From IMG/VR virus record IMGVR_UViG_3300020045_004291, positions 1 through 64,000 of that record: DNA of 64,000 bases; one strand, 5' to 3'. The notes beneath the pieces are model-generated. The model saw only the letters and a list, made by a program, of their open reading frames with translations, was not told where the DNA came from and searched no databases. Made by a program: the position numbers and the translations under genes. Origin of the DNA: a virus. Of this stretch, positions 15,911 to 25,702 are shown in pieces. Position 1 is the stretch's first letter, and every line of letters begins with the position of its first letter.

Positions 15911-18224
15911 CTTGCGATAAAACGAACCTTTCCGCCAGTCCGCCAGCAACTTTCGCTTTAAATTCCTCACGAAACGCTAGACCCTCAGAAACCATTGCGT
16001 CAAGCTCTTTTTTTATGTCTTCGCGTTTGTATTTACGCAGCCGGTTAGCGATCACGCCGAGGGTTTCTCCGTCCCCGTCGATCACATTTGCGATCTTTGA
16101 ACGCAGCGCAAGCTTTGGTGCATCCTTAACGCGGTCATTGGAGGTCACAAGGCGGGCCTTGTCGTCAATGTCGCGTCTGACCAAGGCAAAGGCCCAGCGG
16201 ACGTGTTCAACCGTCCTACGGCCTTCAGGGACGGCAAGAATTAGGCTTACCTTGCTCACTAGCTCATAAGCCCCAAGATACAGCGCCTCAAGCCCTGTAC
16301 GCGCCTTGTGGTCAACCGCCTGATCCTCAAACCAGTCTAATACGCCGTCCATCATGTCAGCCGCCCTGGTGTCTGTTGGAATGACGTTAAGGTCGCCATA
16401 GTGTTCAACGCGACCTGAACCCTCCATATCGTAATCGCCGCCCGTGTATAACTGGCAGAAGGTTGCAGCCATAGCCGATGACATAGGAACCCGCATAAAC
16501 CCCCTTTTAGAGCGTGGCGCGGTTTCACGCTCCTGAAAGATCAATGCGCGCCCTATGAAGCCGTTAGCAGCAGACTGATAATCAACAAGATCGTCAAATG
16601 TGACCGGCGTTGTAAATCCCATGAGGGACAGAAAAGGACGCTCTAAGCCACGATCTAAGCCCGCAAGTGTTTTTTGCACCTGCGTGATTCTTTGTTTTCC
16701 CCAGCTTGGGAGATCGCCGGAATCATCTTGCTTATTCAGTGCCGACAATTCCTTGATTTGTTGTGCCCTGATATCCTCCTTCATGTCGCCGGTAAGCAAC
16801 ATAAACCCGGACGCCTTGGAGTATGCCGACATCAACATACCAATGACACCATCAAGATAGGCGGCGCCGCCCTTTTGTTGAGCGTTTTTAACTTTGTTTA
16901 GAAATATACCGACCTCATCTATGAGGTAAAACGCGGCCTGATTGCGAACAAGGTTTTTAACTATCTCCTGTTCAGATTTAATAGCGCCGTGTGTGGCAGG
17001 TGCGCAGCCAGCCGCCCTGTGTATCTCAGATACAGCTTGCTGTATGGCCTCTTTGCCGGTGCGGGAGCCAGCAACGCAGAAGCTGAAAAGGTTGGTTGTC
17101 ACGCCGTCCCTGTCGTCTGTGTAGCGCAGGCCGGAAATGTTACCCACGGCCATTAGAGCCGCCGCCGCAGAAAGCTTACGCCGTGGTCTGCGAGACTGGT
17201 TTTCGATCCACTCTGCAACCTTGCCGACAAAGCCCGGAGGGCAAGACAGATCAACACCGGAAAGGTCAAATGGTAAGCCGTCTTTGCGGGCCTCAACTGG
17301 TTCGCTAAAATCAAACTCAGCGCCGCCCGTGAATGTAACCGGCATTACCCAGCCGCCCGCCTCAGCATAGTGCACCAATGTGCCAAGCGTTACAGGATTG
17401 GCAGACCGCCCGAAGCTATGCCAATGCGTGCCCATTTTGTCAGAGTCGTAACTGTCGCCGGATGAAGACCAATGATCCCACAATTCAAACCCGGTTCCGC
17501 CCGTTGCGTGGTGTATGGCCATAGCAACCCTAAGCCATTCTGGATAATGAATGTTAGGGTCAATATGCGCTAACATATCTGCAATGTCCTGATGCGACAC
17601 ATCAACCGACTGCCCGTCATAGTCTGCCCTGTGGCGGTCTGGGCGACGAAGCAGGTCTATAAGCCCCTGTGGTGCATCCTCGACATCGTCAGGGCCACCA
17701 ACACCTATTTCATAATAATTTCCGCTTACATGTTTAGAGCCTGGGCCGATAACAAAGCCGTTTGCCTTGAAATCAATCCCCGGCAATTCTGGCATATGCT
17801 GCACAAGTGACACGCCGTCAGGAGCGCGGAAATACAAGTGGCGCGAACCACCCCCAGAGCCGGTCTTAACGATCATGCCAGCCCCTGATATCTGGGGAAC
17901 CATGTCACAAAGCTTGGCAAACGATTCAACGCCACCGTTGCGGGCGTCAACGTCAACAACTAACAACCCGTTGCAGAGTACACCGAAGCCGTTTTCAAAT
18001 TGGTCATACTCAACCATGTTATCTATTTGCTCATCGTCCCAAAGCGGCGTGTGTTGCCAGTTAGACGCCACAGGGTGTTTAAAGTACGCCGTGCACGATG
18101 GATTTCCACATTCGCACATTATCCCTGATTTAGTTTTGCGCGCGCCCTGAATCGGGAAAACCCTATAACCGGCCTGCCAAAACTCATAAGCATACCGTGC
18201 CGCTAAACCCTTATCTTTAGTCAT
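15906..18224 (-). CDS. Bifunctional primase-polymerase with PriCT-2 and C-terminal NTPase/helicase domain
   Basis: CECG...C...KHP, VVDVDARNGG, KTGSGGGSRHLYF, WDHWS (PriCT-2), AGSRTGKE and LIDE motifs. Confidence 0.85.
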   Translation of the reverse strand: MTKDKGLAARYAYEFWQAGYRVFPIQGARKTKSGIMCECGNPSCTAYFKHPVASNWQHTPLWDDEQIDNMVEYDQFENGFGVLCNGLLVVDVDARNGGVESFAKLCDMVPQISGAGMIVKTGSGGGSRHLYFRAPDGVSLVQHMPELPGIDFKANGFVIGPGSKHVSGNYYEIGVGGPDDVEDAPQGLIDLLRRPDRHRADYDGQSVDVSHQDIADMLAHIDPNIHYPEWLRVAMAIHHATGGTGFELWDHWSSSGDSYDSDKMGTHWHSFGRSANPVTLGTLVHYAEAGGWVMPVTFTGGAEFDFSEPVEARKDGLPFDLSGVDLSCPPGFVGKVAEWIENQSRRPRRKLSAAAALMAVGNISGLRYTDDRDGVTTNLFSFCVAGSRTGKEAIQQAVSEIHRAAGCAPATHGAIKSEQEIVKNLVRNQAAFYLIDEVGIFLNKVKNAQQKGGAAYLDGVIGMLMSAYSKASGFMLLTGDMKEDIRAQQIKELSALNKQDDSGDLPSWGKQRITQVQKTLAGLDRGLERPFLSLMGFTTPVTFDDLVDYQSAANGFIGRALIFQERETAPRSKRGFMRVPMSSAMAATFCQLYTGGDYDMEGSGRVEHYGDLNVIPTDTRAADMMDGVLDWFEDQAVDHKARTGLEALYLGAYELVSKVSLILAVPEGRRTVEHVRWAFALVRRDIDDKARLVTSNDRVKDAPKLALRSKIANVIDGDGETLGVIANRLRKYKREDIKKELDAMVSEGLAFREEFKAKVAGGLAERFVLSQG

Positions 18225-18235
18225 TGTTTAAGCCT

Positions 18236-18403
18236 TTATTGCGCTTCTAAATAATCTGACAGGGCCTTAACCGTTTCGTACTCAGGGTTAGAACCGTCCT
18301 TCAAGGCGTTGTAAATCGTTTGATGGTTCATGCCCGTTTCTTTCGCCACGACGCGAACACGCCTGTCTTTCATTTTCTCTTTTATCTGATCAAGGGTTAA
18401 CAT
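18236..18403 (-). CDS. Cro-like helix-turn-helix regulator (allele A)
   Basis: VAKETGMNHQTIYNAL...NPEYETVKALSDYL; start MLTL at 18403. Confidence 0.75.
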   Translation of the reverse strand: MLTLDQIKEKMKDRRVRVVAKETGMNHQTIYNALKDGSNPEYETVKALSDYLEAQ

Positions 18404-18422
18404 TTTTTTGTCCTCCATAAAA

Positions 18423-18462
18423 AATGTGTCTATTGACAGCGTACACATTGGCAAGCTAGATT
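18423..18462 (+). promoter_or_regulatory. Divergent promoter/operator (allele A)
   Basis: TTGACA-N18-TAGATT with an AATGTGT...ACACATT inverted repeat around the -35 box. Confidence 0.5.
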
Positions 18463-18498
18463 GCAAGTGTAGAGCAGTCGAAAAGGAGATTTTCTCTC

Positions 18499-19329
18499 AT
18501 GAGTATTTTAACCGCAGCCAAGCCCCCGGTTCGGGAGCCGCTGATAATGACAATATGCGGAACGCCGGGGACGGGTAAAACCAGCCTTGCCGCAACCCTG
18601 CCGGGGCCTGTGTTCCTGATCCAGACGCAGGGCGAAAAGGTACCCCGCGACATCCCGCGCGATCAGGTGCCGGTGTCGTTGGGTGAGACAAATTCACCTG
18701 AAAAGCTTTGGGAGCAATTACTTGCCTTGGGGCAAGATGATCACGGCTACAAGACGGTCATCATCGATAGCGTGACCGGCCTTGAGACAATGTTCATTGA
18801 GGACATCCTGAAAAGCGACCCTAAGGCCAAGGCGATCAATACAGCGCTTGGCGGGTATGGTGCAGGGCGTGCAGCGGTGGCGACACAGCACAACCGCGTG
18901 CGCAACATCGTTGAGAAAATTCGCAGACGCGGAATCAACGTGGTGTTTATTGCGCATTCTGACGTTGTGCGGATTGAACCGCCTGACTCGGATTCGTTTA
19001 CGCAATACAGCTTGCGACTACATGAAAAATCCATGGCTCCTTATGTGGACTCTGTGGATGTTGTGGGATTCATTAAGCAATCAACCGTGCTTGTGGGTAA
19101 GGACGACGAGCGCAAGCGGGCTGTGACTTCTGACGACCGCGTATTGCTGGTGCACCTTACGCCTGTGGCGGTCAGCAAGAACCGCCTTGGCATTACAGAG
19201 CCGCTAGACCTTGAGCGGGGTAAGAACCCGTTTGAGCAGTGGACGACGCCAAAAACGCGCGCTAAGGCGCAACCGGTTGCCGTTGAAGCGCCAGCCGAAC
19301 CCGAAACCGTAAACGAGGACGCAAACTAA
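18499..19329 (+). CDS. Sak4-like AAA_24 ATPase (ssDNA annealing/recombinase)
   Basis: GTPGTGKTS Walker A, VIIDS, FIAH and KNR motifs; followed by SSB. Confidence 0.8.
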   Translation: MSILTAAKPPVREPLIMTICGTPGTGKTSLAATLPGPVFLIQTQGEKVPRDIPRDQVPVSLGETNSPEKLWEQLLALGQDDHGYKTVIIDSVTGLETMFIEDILKSDPKAKAINTALGGYGAGRAAVATQHNRVRNIVEKIRRRGINVVFIAHSDVVRIEPPDSDSFTQYSLRLHEKSMAPYVDSVDVVGFIKQSTVLVGKDDERKRAVTSDDRVLLVHLTPVAVSKNRLGITEPLDLERGKNPFEQWTTPKTRAKAQPVAVEAPAEPETVNEDAN

Positions 19330-19904
19330 TGTCATTTTGGCAATTATCAGATGGTGGGTCAGCCACCGAAACCGGCGCAGCCTATGAAATTGAGGGGGGC
19401 AGCATCCCGCCCATCCCTGACGATACATCGCTTTTGGCCATGATCGACGAAGCAAACTGGAAAACAACTCAGGGCGGGGATGAATATATCAATCTGCGCT
19501 GGACGGTTGTTACACCGGATGAATACAAAAACCGCAAAATCTTTCAAAAGCTTTGGGTGACCGATGACGACCCAAACGCAAAGGATGCGGGTAAAAAGCG
19601 CGACAAAGCCCGCCGTATGCTGGCTGCGATCGACGCGAACGCAGGCGGTAAACTCTCGCAGAAAGCGGGCAAACCAAGTGACGACGATCTAGCGCGGGCA
19701 TTGACGCAAAAGCTTATGACCATCAAGGTTAAGTCGTGGTCAATGGATGACAACCAAAACCCCGGCGCAAAGATCGAAGGCAATTGGATTTGTGCCGTCA
19801 GCGCTAAAAGCAAGGTGGCGTCACCAGCAAGGGCCGAAACACCTAAGCCCGCACCTGTTCAAGACTTTGACGACGGCCTTGAGGGTGATGATATCCCGTT
19901 TTGA
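19329..19904 (+). CDS. Single-stranded DNA-binding protein (DUF669-like)
   Basis: Acidic DDIPF C-terminus; YKNRKIF motif. Confidence 0.75.
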   Translation: MSFWQLSDGGSATETGAAYEIEGGSIPPIPDDTSLLAMIDEANWKTTQGGDEYINLRWTVVTPDEYKNRKIFQKLWVTDDDPNAKDAGKKRDKARRMLAAIDANAGGKLSQKAGKPSDDDLARALTQKLMTIKVKSWSMDDNQNPGAKIEGNWICAVSAKSKVASPARAETPKPAPVQDFDDGLEGDDIPF

Positions 19905-19921
19905 TTAACTGTTAATCCGCT

Positions 19922-19950
19922 GACAGACCGGAAAAAGTCTGTCGTTTTTT
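19922..19950 (+). terminator. Hairpin/terminator after SSB (allele A)
   Basis: GACAGAC-N8-GTCTGTC followed by a T tract. Confidence 0.5.
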
Positions 19951-19962
19951 GAAGGGAACCAA

Positions 19963-20838
19963 ATGGAACAGCGTACAGAAGCTTGGCACTCAGCAAGACG
20001 AGGCCGCATAACCGCAAGCGCGGTAGGTGGGATACTTAATCACGCGCCATATGCCACAAGGGCCGATATTATGCGCCGTATGGTGCGCGACTATCACGGG
20101 GCAGAATCAGATTTTACCGGCAATGTAGCCACAGAGTACGGCACATACAACGAGGCCGGAGCCTTGATTGATTATCGTATGGAAACCGGAAACGCGGTTG
20201 AGGCCGTGGGATTTATCACAAAGGACGACTGGGCGGGATGCTCACCAGATGGGTTGATAGGTCTCACGGGTGGACTTGAAATTAAGTGCCCCTATAGCTT
20301 GCGGAAAATGACGCCTGAGGATTCGTTTAAGACCATTGAGGATCAGCCGCATTACTACGATCAAGTGCAATTTAGCCTTTGGGTCTGTGAGCGCGCATGG
20401 TGGGATTTTTTTCAATGGGCACCTGGTGGTTACGCAAAAACAGACCGCATATTGCCGGACAGTAAATGGCGCGCAAAAAACCTTCCAAAGCTTAAGGCTT
20501 TTTACGACGAATATTTGATCGAGCGCGAACAGCCGAACGCGCAAAAACACCTTGACGGAAAACGCGTTGAAATCGACACGCCGTCTGTTCAAATGATGTT
20601 GTCGGAATATGACGACCTTAGCGAGGCCATAGAGCAGGCGCAGGAGCGGAAAAAAGAAATCCTTGCCGAACTGGTAAAACAAGCGGGCGATAAGAACGCC
20701 ACGGTTTGCGGGAGAAACCTTACAAAGGTTGAGAAGGAAGGCGCTGTGTCATACGCCAAGGCAATTAAGGCGTTATTGCCAAACGCTGACCTTGAGCCGT
20801 ATAGGGGCGCGCCGTCCTCACACTGGTTGTTAAAATGA
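19963..20838 (+). CDS. YqaJ/lambda-exonuclease family protein
   Basis: QRTEAWH..RRGRITAS, CSPDG, LEIKCP and Y..QVQ motifs. Confidence 0.85.
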   Translation: MEQRTEAWHSARRGRITASAVGGILNHAPYATRADIMRRMVRDYHGAESDFTGNVATEYGTYNEAGALIDYRMETGNAVEAVGFITKDDWAGCSPDGLIGLTGGLEIKCPYSLRKMTPEDSFKTIEDQPHYYDQVQFSLWVCERAWWDFFQWAPGGYAKTDRILPDSKWRAKNLPKLKAFYDEYLIEREQPNAQKHLDGKRVEIDTPSVQMMLSEYDDLSEAIEQAQERKKEILAELVKQAGDKNATVCGRNLTKVEKEGAVSYAKAIKALLPNADLEPYRGAPSSHWLLK

Positions 20839-22700
20839 TACTGAGACCATATCAGGAAGCCGCGACGAGGGCAGCAAAACTGTGGCTTAAGTCCAGCACT
20901 GACCCGTGTTTGATTGACGCGGCACCCGCCGCAGGCAAAAGTTTTATGGTTGCCGACCTTGCCCGCTGGCTGCGAAAAGTAAGCGGTGGAAGGCGGGTTT
21001 TGTGTTTGCAGCCAAACGCAAAGCTTGTTGTTCAAAATCTCGAAAAGTTTTTGATGACGGGTGAATCTGCGTCTGTGTTTTCTGCGAGCGCTGGCACCAA
21101 GTCGACAAAAAACGGGGTTGTTTTTGCTACCCCTGGCACGGTAAAAAACAGCATAAGCCGATTTTGCAGGTCGGGGCAGGATGGTTATTGTGGCGTCATC
21201 ATTGACGAAGCGCACGAACTAACGCCAACCATATTAAGCATCATTGACGCTATGAGGGCCGCTAACCCTAATTTGCGAGTAATCGGGCTGACTGGCACGC
21301 CACACCGGATGGGAACCGGCTATATTTTCCGCATGTGGCCAGACGGTAGGTCAAACACAGATCAGCAGACGCGTGACCCATATTTTATGAAATGCGTTTA
21401 TCGTGTTTCGGCGCGCGAAATGCTGGATCAGGAGTTTATCACACCAATGGAGGTTTGCGGAATCAACGCCGCAGCCTACGACGCGGACGGGATCAGGTTG
21501 TTGCCCAATGGCACAGCAAATCACAGCGACGTTGAACGCGCATTTGTGGGTCATGGCCGCAAAACGTCTGCAATCGTTGGCGATGTAATTCGCCAGTCTA
21601 ACGAGCGCGGCGTTAAAGGTGGAATTATGTATTTTGCTGCAACCGTGCAGCACGCCCATGAAATACTAGCCAGCCTGCCACCAGAGAATAGCGCTCTGTC
21701 AGCAGGCGACGAAGGAATCTTGAGGGACAGACCAGCCACTGACAAAGAGATTGTCAAAGCGTACCGTGACGGAAAGATTAAACACTTGGTCTCTGTGGGT
21801 AAATACACCACAGGTTTTGACGTAAGCCATACAGAGGTTATAGCGCTTTTGCGGTTTACTGAAAGTGCCTCGCTATTGATACAGATACTTGGCAGGGCGT
21901 GGCGCTTACACCATGAAAAGCCTGTGTCGTTTCTTTTGGATTATGCCGGAAACGTAAACCGACACTTTCCAGACGGTGATATATATAATCCTGAAATACG
22001 CGCTAAAAGCGCCAAAAGCGGAGGTGCGCCAATCAAAGCGCACTGCCCGTCCTGTAACGCTGAAAACGAGTTTGGAATCAGGCCAGAGGTTGCGGAAGCG
22101 GGCTATCAGATAGACCAAAATGGATATTGCTTAGACCTTGAGGGCGAGCGTGTAGAAACCGACTTCGGCCCAATGCCTGCACATTTTGGACGGCGCTGTT
22201 TTGGTATGATTCAAACGAAAAACGCCGGAAAATATGACAGGTGTAATTATAGATGGACAAGTAAACCATGTCCCGCCTGCGACGAACCAAACGACATCGC
22301 GGCGAGATATTGCATAAGCTGCAAATCCGAAATTGTAGACCCAAACGAAAAACTTGCATCGGACTTTAAGGCCCATAAAAAAGACCCGACAAGATTACAG
22401 ACTGACGAAGTGGTAAGCATGGTTTGCCGTGAAGGCGTGAGCCAGAGGGGCAACAAAACCCTAAGGGCCGACTTTGTGACCCCGTACAGATCTTTTAGTG
22501 TTTGGTTTCAACCTGAGGCAACGAGCACTAAAGGATGGTATCAATGGGACTTGTTTGTGCGCAACTGTGGCGCAACTGGTGAAACGGTTCCGCAAAGCAT
22601 CACATACAGAAAAGACGCCGCATCAGGTTTTTACCAGATCGAGGCGTACAACAGGCAAATCGATATGTTGCCAGAGAAGGTTTTAAATGCGGCTGAATGA
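20835..22700 (+). CDS. SF2 DEAH helicase with C-terminal Zn fingers (RadD/YejH-like)
   Basis: LRPYQ, AAGKS, DEAH, TGT, TGFD and QILGR motifs; CxxC pairs. Confidence 0.85.
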   Translation: MILRPYQEAATRAAKLWLKSSTDPCLIDAAPAAGKSFMVADLARWLRKVSGGRRVLCLQPNAKLVVQNLEKFLMTGESASVFSASAGTKSTKNGVVFATPGTVKNSISRFCRSGQDGYCGVIIDEAHELTPTILSIIDAMRAANPNLRVIGLTGTPHRMGTGYIFRMWPDGRSNTDQQTRDPYFMKCVYRVSAREMLDQEFITPMEVCGINAAAYDADGIRLLPNGTANHSDVERAFVGHGRKTSAIVGDVIRQSNERGVKGGIMYFAATVQHAHEILASLPPENSALSAGDEGILRDRPATDKEIVKAYRDGKIKHLVSVGKYTTGFDVSHTEVIALLRFTESASLLIQILGRAWRLHHEKPVSFLLDYAGNVNRHFPDGDIYNPEIRAKSAKSGGAPIKAHCPSCNAENEFGIRPEVAEAGYQIDQNGYCLDLEGERVETDFGPMPAHFGRRCFGMIQTKNAGKYDRCNYRWTSKPCPACDEPNDIAARYCISCKSEIVDPNEKLASDFKAHKKDPTRLQTDEVVSMVCREGVSQRGNKTLRADFVTPYRSFSVWFQPEATSTKGWYQWDLFVRNCGATGETVPQSITYRKDAASGFYQIEAYNRQIDMLPEKVLNAAE

Positions 22701-23109
22701 CATTCCACAGGGGATAAAGATTTACGGCAACACCGCTTTCCGTGGTGAATGCCCAAAAGAAAGCCTTGAGCAGGTGACTTTTTTTAACAAGCTTCGCAAA
22801 GCGCACCCAACAACCTGGGGGATATTGGCCCTACACCCGCGCAACGAGCAACAGTTAAAAGGCGGGCAACACGGGGCATTTGTTAAGCAAAAGGCAGAAG
22901 GGTTAACGCCTGGGGCGTCCGATATAATAATCCCGGCCCGCGTTTCTTTTGTGTGCGAGTTAAAGCGAAAAGATCACACAAAAAGCAAATGGGAAGACGG
23001 GCAAATAGAATATCTTATAGCTGCGTCCACGGCTGGGGCTTTTGCTTGCGTAGCATTTGGCCATGAAGGCGCTTGGTCAGCTTTTGAGGATTGGTTAAAT
23101 GGACAATAA
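22687..23109 (+). CDS. VRR-NUC domain nuclease
   Basis: E..EQ...EG..PGASD...ELKR motif. Confidence 0.75.
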   Translation: MRLNDIPQGIKIYGNTAFRGECPKESLEQVTFFNKLRKAHPTTWGILALHPRNEQQLKGGQHGAFVKQKAEGLTPGASDIIIPARVSFVCELKRKDHTKSKWEDGQIEYLIAASTAGAFACVAFGHEGAWSAFEDWLNGQ

Positions 23110-23413
23110 GGCCATAGCTGAAAAGATATTTTGCGCACCATCGGAAAAGGCGCAAAAACGACTGTTTGCGGACGTGCCGGAAGCGCAAAGGCCGTATGTG
23201 TTGTGCGAGCTTAGGGAGATATCAGGAAGCCCGCACGCCATACGGAAGGGGATGACACTACTGGCAACAGACGACACACCAGACGGGCTTAAAGACGCCA
23301 AAGCGTGGATAAAACAAAAAGGCCTGACGTCCGCAGACATCAGGCTTTTTAAAAGTGGCGACCTCCTTATGATTGAGGCTATCAGGGACGACGCTCTAAA
23401 CCCCCAGCGTTGA
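23099..23413 (+). CDS. Hypothetical protein
   Basis: 104 aa, coupled; conserved in copy B. Confidence 0.6.
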   Translation: MDNKAIAEKIFCAPSEKAQKRLFADVPEAQRPYVLCELREISGSPHAIRKGMTLLATDDTPDGLKDAKAWIKQKGLTSADIRLFKSGDLLMIEAIRDDALNPQR

Positions 23414-23556
23414 AAACATCGCAGCGCCCTTAATGGCGTGATTAAGCCCCTTAGCGCGCACGTTGCGGTGAAAGATGAAATATTGACAGCCTGACAAATA
23501 ATAAACGTCATACGCCGCCAGATGGCCGATCCAGTGTTGTTTGACCTTGACGGGTT

Positions 23557-23925
23557 TCATTCCTCCGCCTCCCTCATTATTCTCGTGGCGCGTGGCGTGT
23601 TTCTTTCCAGCTTGGCGACCATTGGCTTTTCTGTAAGGTAAATAATGTCGCGGCCCAATTTCACCCTGTCAAATTCCTCAATTCGGCGGCACCCGTAAAT
23701 TACCGCCGTGTGATCCCTGTTGCAGTACTCGCCTATTTTTTCGTAACTCCATCCCAATTCTCGCAAATCACGCATGACGCGGAATCTTGCAAAGGCTATT
23801 TTTGCGGTGCGCTCTTTACTTTCAAATTCCGCAGCGCTGATGCCGTATTTTTGGCAATGCTCAGCGACAATCTGATTGCGGCGGTGGAATCCAACCCTTT
23901 CCTTTTTGTGAAATGACTGCATCAC
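23557..23925 (-). CDS. DnaA C-terminal (domain IV)-like HTH protein
   Basis: AR...M...SYEKIG...NRDHTAVIYG motif. Confidence 0.75.
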   Translation of the reverse strand: MMQSFHKKERVGFHRRNQIVAEHCQKYGISAAEFESKERTAKIAFARFRVMRDLRELGWSYEKIGEYCNRDHTAVIYGCRRIEEFDRVKLGRDIIYLTEKPMVAKLERNTPRATRIMREAEE

Positions 23926-24689
23926 CGCCCCACATATCTGCGCAGATCATGCGCAAGGCGTTTAACATTGATAGTATCGCGCACATATAGCGCCCTATGG
24001 TGTAGGCAATATGAAGAGCCAGGATCAACCCTGTTCCCACAATAAACCGCCTCGTTGTGCTCGTTGCGACCCTCAACTGGTTTGCATTGAAAGCGACCAA
24101 GCTGCACAAGATTTTCACCTGTGGCAATAGGCAGATACGACAGGTCAGGAGTTTTAATTAAGGTGGACGCATCCCTGACACCGTGCAAAGACTTGGTTGC
24201 AGGATTAGGCTTTGGCTTATCCTTTTCTTTCACCTTTGCCTTACTAAGAATAGACGGCAATTGCTGCAATCTTTTTGAGCCAAAAGCTGGAAAAGAATGA
24301 CCCTGCTGTTTTAGGCGATCGACAACACCAGAAACAGTGGATCTTGTCAGGTTGGTCTCAAATTTTTCATAAAACAAAACCATGACTTCATTGTAGCTTT
24401 TACCGGCCTGAACCATTTCGCGTATGAAGTCTTTTTGCTCCTGTGGCCAAGCCCCAGAGCGGCAAGATTGCCTTGCTGGCGTTGCTCCGAATGTCTGATC
24501 GGTTACGCCGCGAAAGCGCATCTCGCCAAGCTTTGATTGACAATTCTTCATGGTGCGGACTATGCGCTTTCCATGAAATTCATCATTTAGCCGTAGCGCC
24601 GCATATTTTGACGTTGCGCCTGATTTCGCCAGTTCTAACAGGCGTTCTGCCTCTTGCGGCTTCCACTCTGTTTTACACATTACTGCCAT
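23922..24689 (-). CDS. gcrA: GcrA family cell-cycle regulator with tandem N-terminal HTH repeats
   Basis: W..E...TRSTVSG...RL and C-terminal QCK.V...YCG...GSSYC.HH motifs. Confidence 0.7.
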   Translation of the reverse strand: MAVMCKTEWKPQEAERLLELAKSGATSKYAALRLNDEFHGKRIVRTMKNCQSKLGEMRFRGVTDQTFGATPARQSCRSGAWPQEQKDFIREMVQAGKSYNEVMVLFYEKFETNLTRSTVSGVVDRLKQQGHSFPAFGSKRLQQLPSILSKAKVKEKDKPKPNPATKSLHGVRDASTLIKTPDLSYLPIATGENLVQLGRFQCKPVEGRNEHNEAVYCGNRVDPGSSYCLHHRALYVRDTINVKRLAHDLRRYVGR

Positions 24690-24745
24690 TTTAGTCCCTC
24701 AGATAAGTTTAAATATTAACGCCCAGATCATGCCAGCCAGCACAA

Positions 24746-25009
24746 TCATTCCTGTGTGTCCCGCGATTTTGTAGGCCATTGGTGCATTTCCCTTGTTCCT
24801 GTTGTGTCGTGCCCACATGCCCGCTCAACCTCTTCAAGGGTTGGTATTACCGGCATGGGGTTTTTAGTGCCTGGCACGCTAAATCTTATCAGATCGTGCG
24901 GGGTATATTCGTTCGGCAACGGCCCGCCATTAATAACCGTTGCCACCGTGCGGGCTTGAAACGCCGCCTTGGCCATCGCCAGGTCATTGATTATTGATTG
25001 GTTAGTCAT
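24746..25009 (-). CDS. Hypothetical protein
   Basis: 87 aa, coupled to the upstream HTH gene. Confidence 0.5.
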   Translation of the reverse strand: MTNQSIINDLAMAKAAFQARTVATVINGGPLPNEYTPHDLIRFSVPGTKNPMPVIPTLEEVERACGHDTTGTREMHQWPTKSRDTQE

Positions 25010-25209
25010 GCGTCACCCTTTAAAAACGTAACAGCATCAGCGATGCGATTGATCATCCTTACAGTGGGGTTTGCCTTGCGAGACAAAATCTCAGAAAGGT
25101 AACTGTCAGATATTTCAGCTTGAGCGGCAACGTCTTTTTGCGGCAACCCGCTTTTTTTAACGAGATCGCCAAGCTGGCCGATAGGGTCAATGTTGTGTGT
25201 CAAGTGCAT
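25006..25209 (-). CDS. XRE-family HTH regulator
   Basis: QKDVAAQAEISDSYLSEILSRKANPT motif; likely start at 25209. Confidence 0.8.
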   Translation of the reverse strand: MHLTHNIDPIGQLGDLVKKSGLPQKDVAAQAEISDSYLSEILSRKANPTVRMINRIADAVTFLKGDA

Positions 25210-25337
25210 CTCCTTATTGTGTGAGGCCCTGACATTGGCATAAAAATAATTATGCCGCAAGCGAAATTATTCGTTGACAGCCTAAAATACATATGCAATT
25301 GTTGGTCATCAACAACGCACCACTTGAGGGAATTAAG

Positions 25338-25514
25338 ATGATGCAAACCGACATTAACGAAACCAAACAGCGTCTATATGACGCCTTCGATCTGGCTTAC
25401 GCCATTGGATACCGCTATCCCGTCATCGATTCAGCATGGGACGATATGGACGAGGCTGAACAACTGGCAGAACGCCAGCGCCAGAACGCAGACGACGCGC
25501 GGAAGGAGTGCTAA
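25338..25514 (+). CDS. Small hypothetical protein, first of a rightward small-gene cluster
   Basis: GAGGGA RBS; divergent from the XRE gene; TTGACA upstream near 25274. Confidence 0.5.
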   Translation: MMQTDINETKQRLYDAFDLAYAIGYRYPVIDSAWDDMDEAEQLAERQRQNADDARKEC

Positions 25515-25516
25515 AA

Positions 25517-25702
25517 ATGACTCAGAACGAGTTTAAGCTTTTCACCCAGTCGAACAATCGCCCTCATAAGTCTGGGGAGGCTTTCAGCGTAGGCCAGAGC
25601 CGCCCATACGCGCTTATTGGTGCGGTCGTCAATCTCATGACCATTATCGGATTCCTGGGCGTCGTATTGTTTGCGCTTTCAGCCTTGGCGGTGTCGGTAT
25701 GA
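25517..25702 (+). CDS. Small membrane protein
   Basis: AAGGAG RBS; hydrophobic C-terminus. Confidence 0.5.
   Translation: MTQNEFKLFTQSNNRPHKSGEAFSVGQSRPYALIGAVVNLMTIIGFLGVVLFALSALAVSV

Noticed and set aside
15743-15961. 72 aa Lys-rich ORF in the origin
   Set aside because: Arises from A-tracts; its 5' end differs between copies and it overlaps the primase gene antisense.
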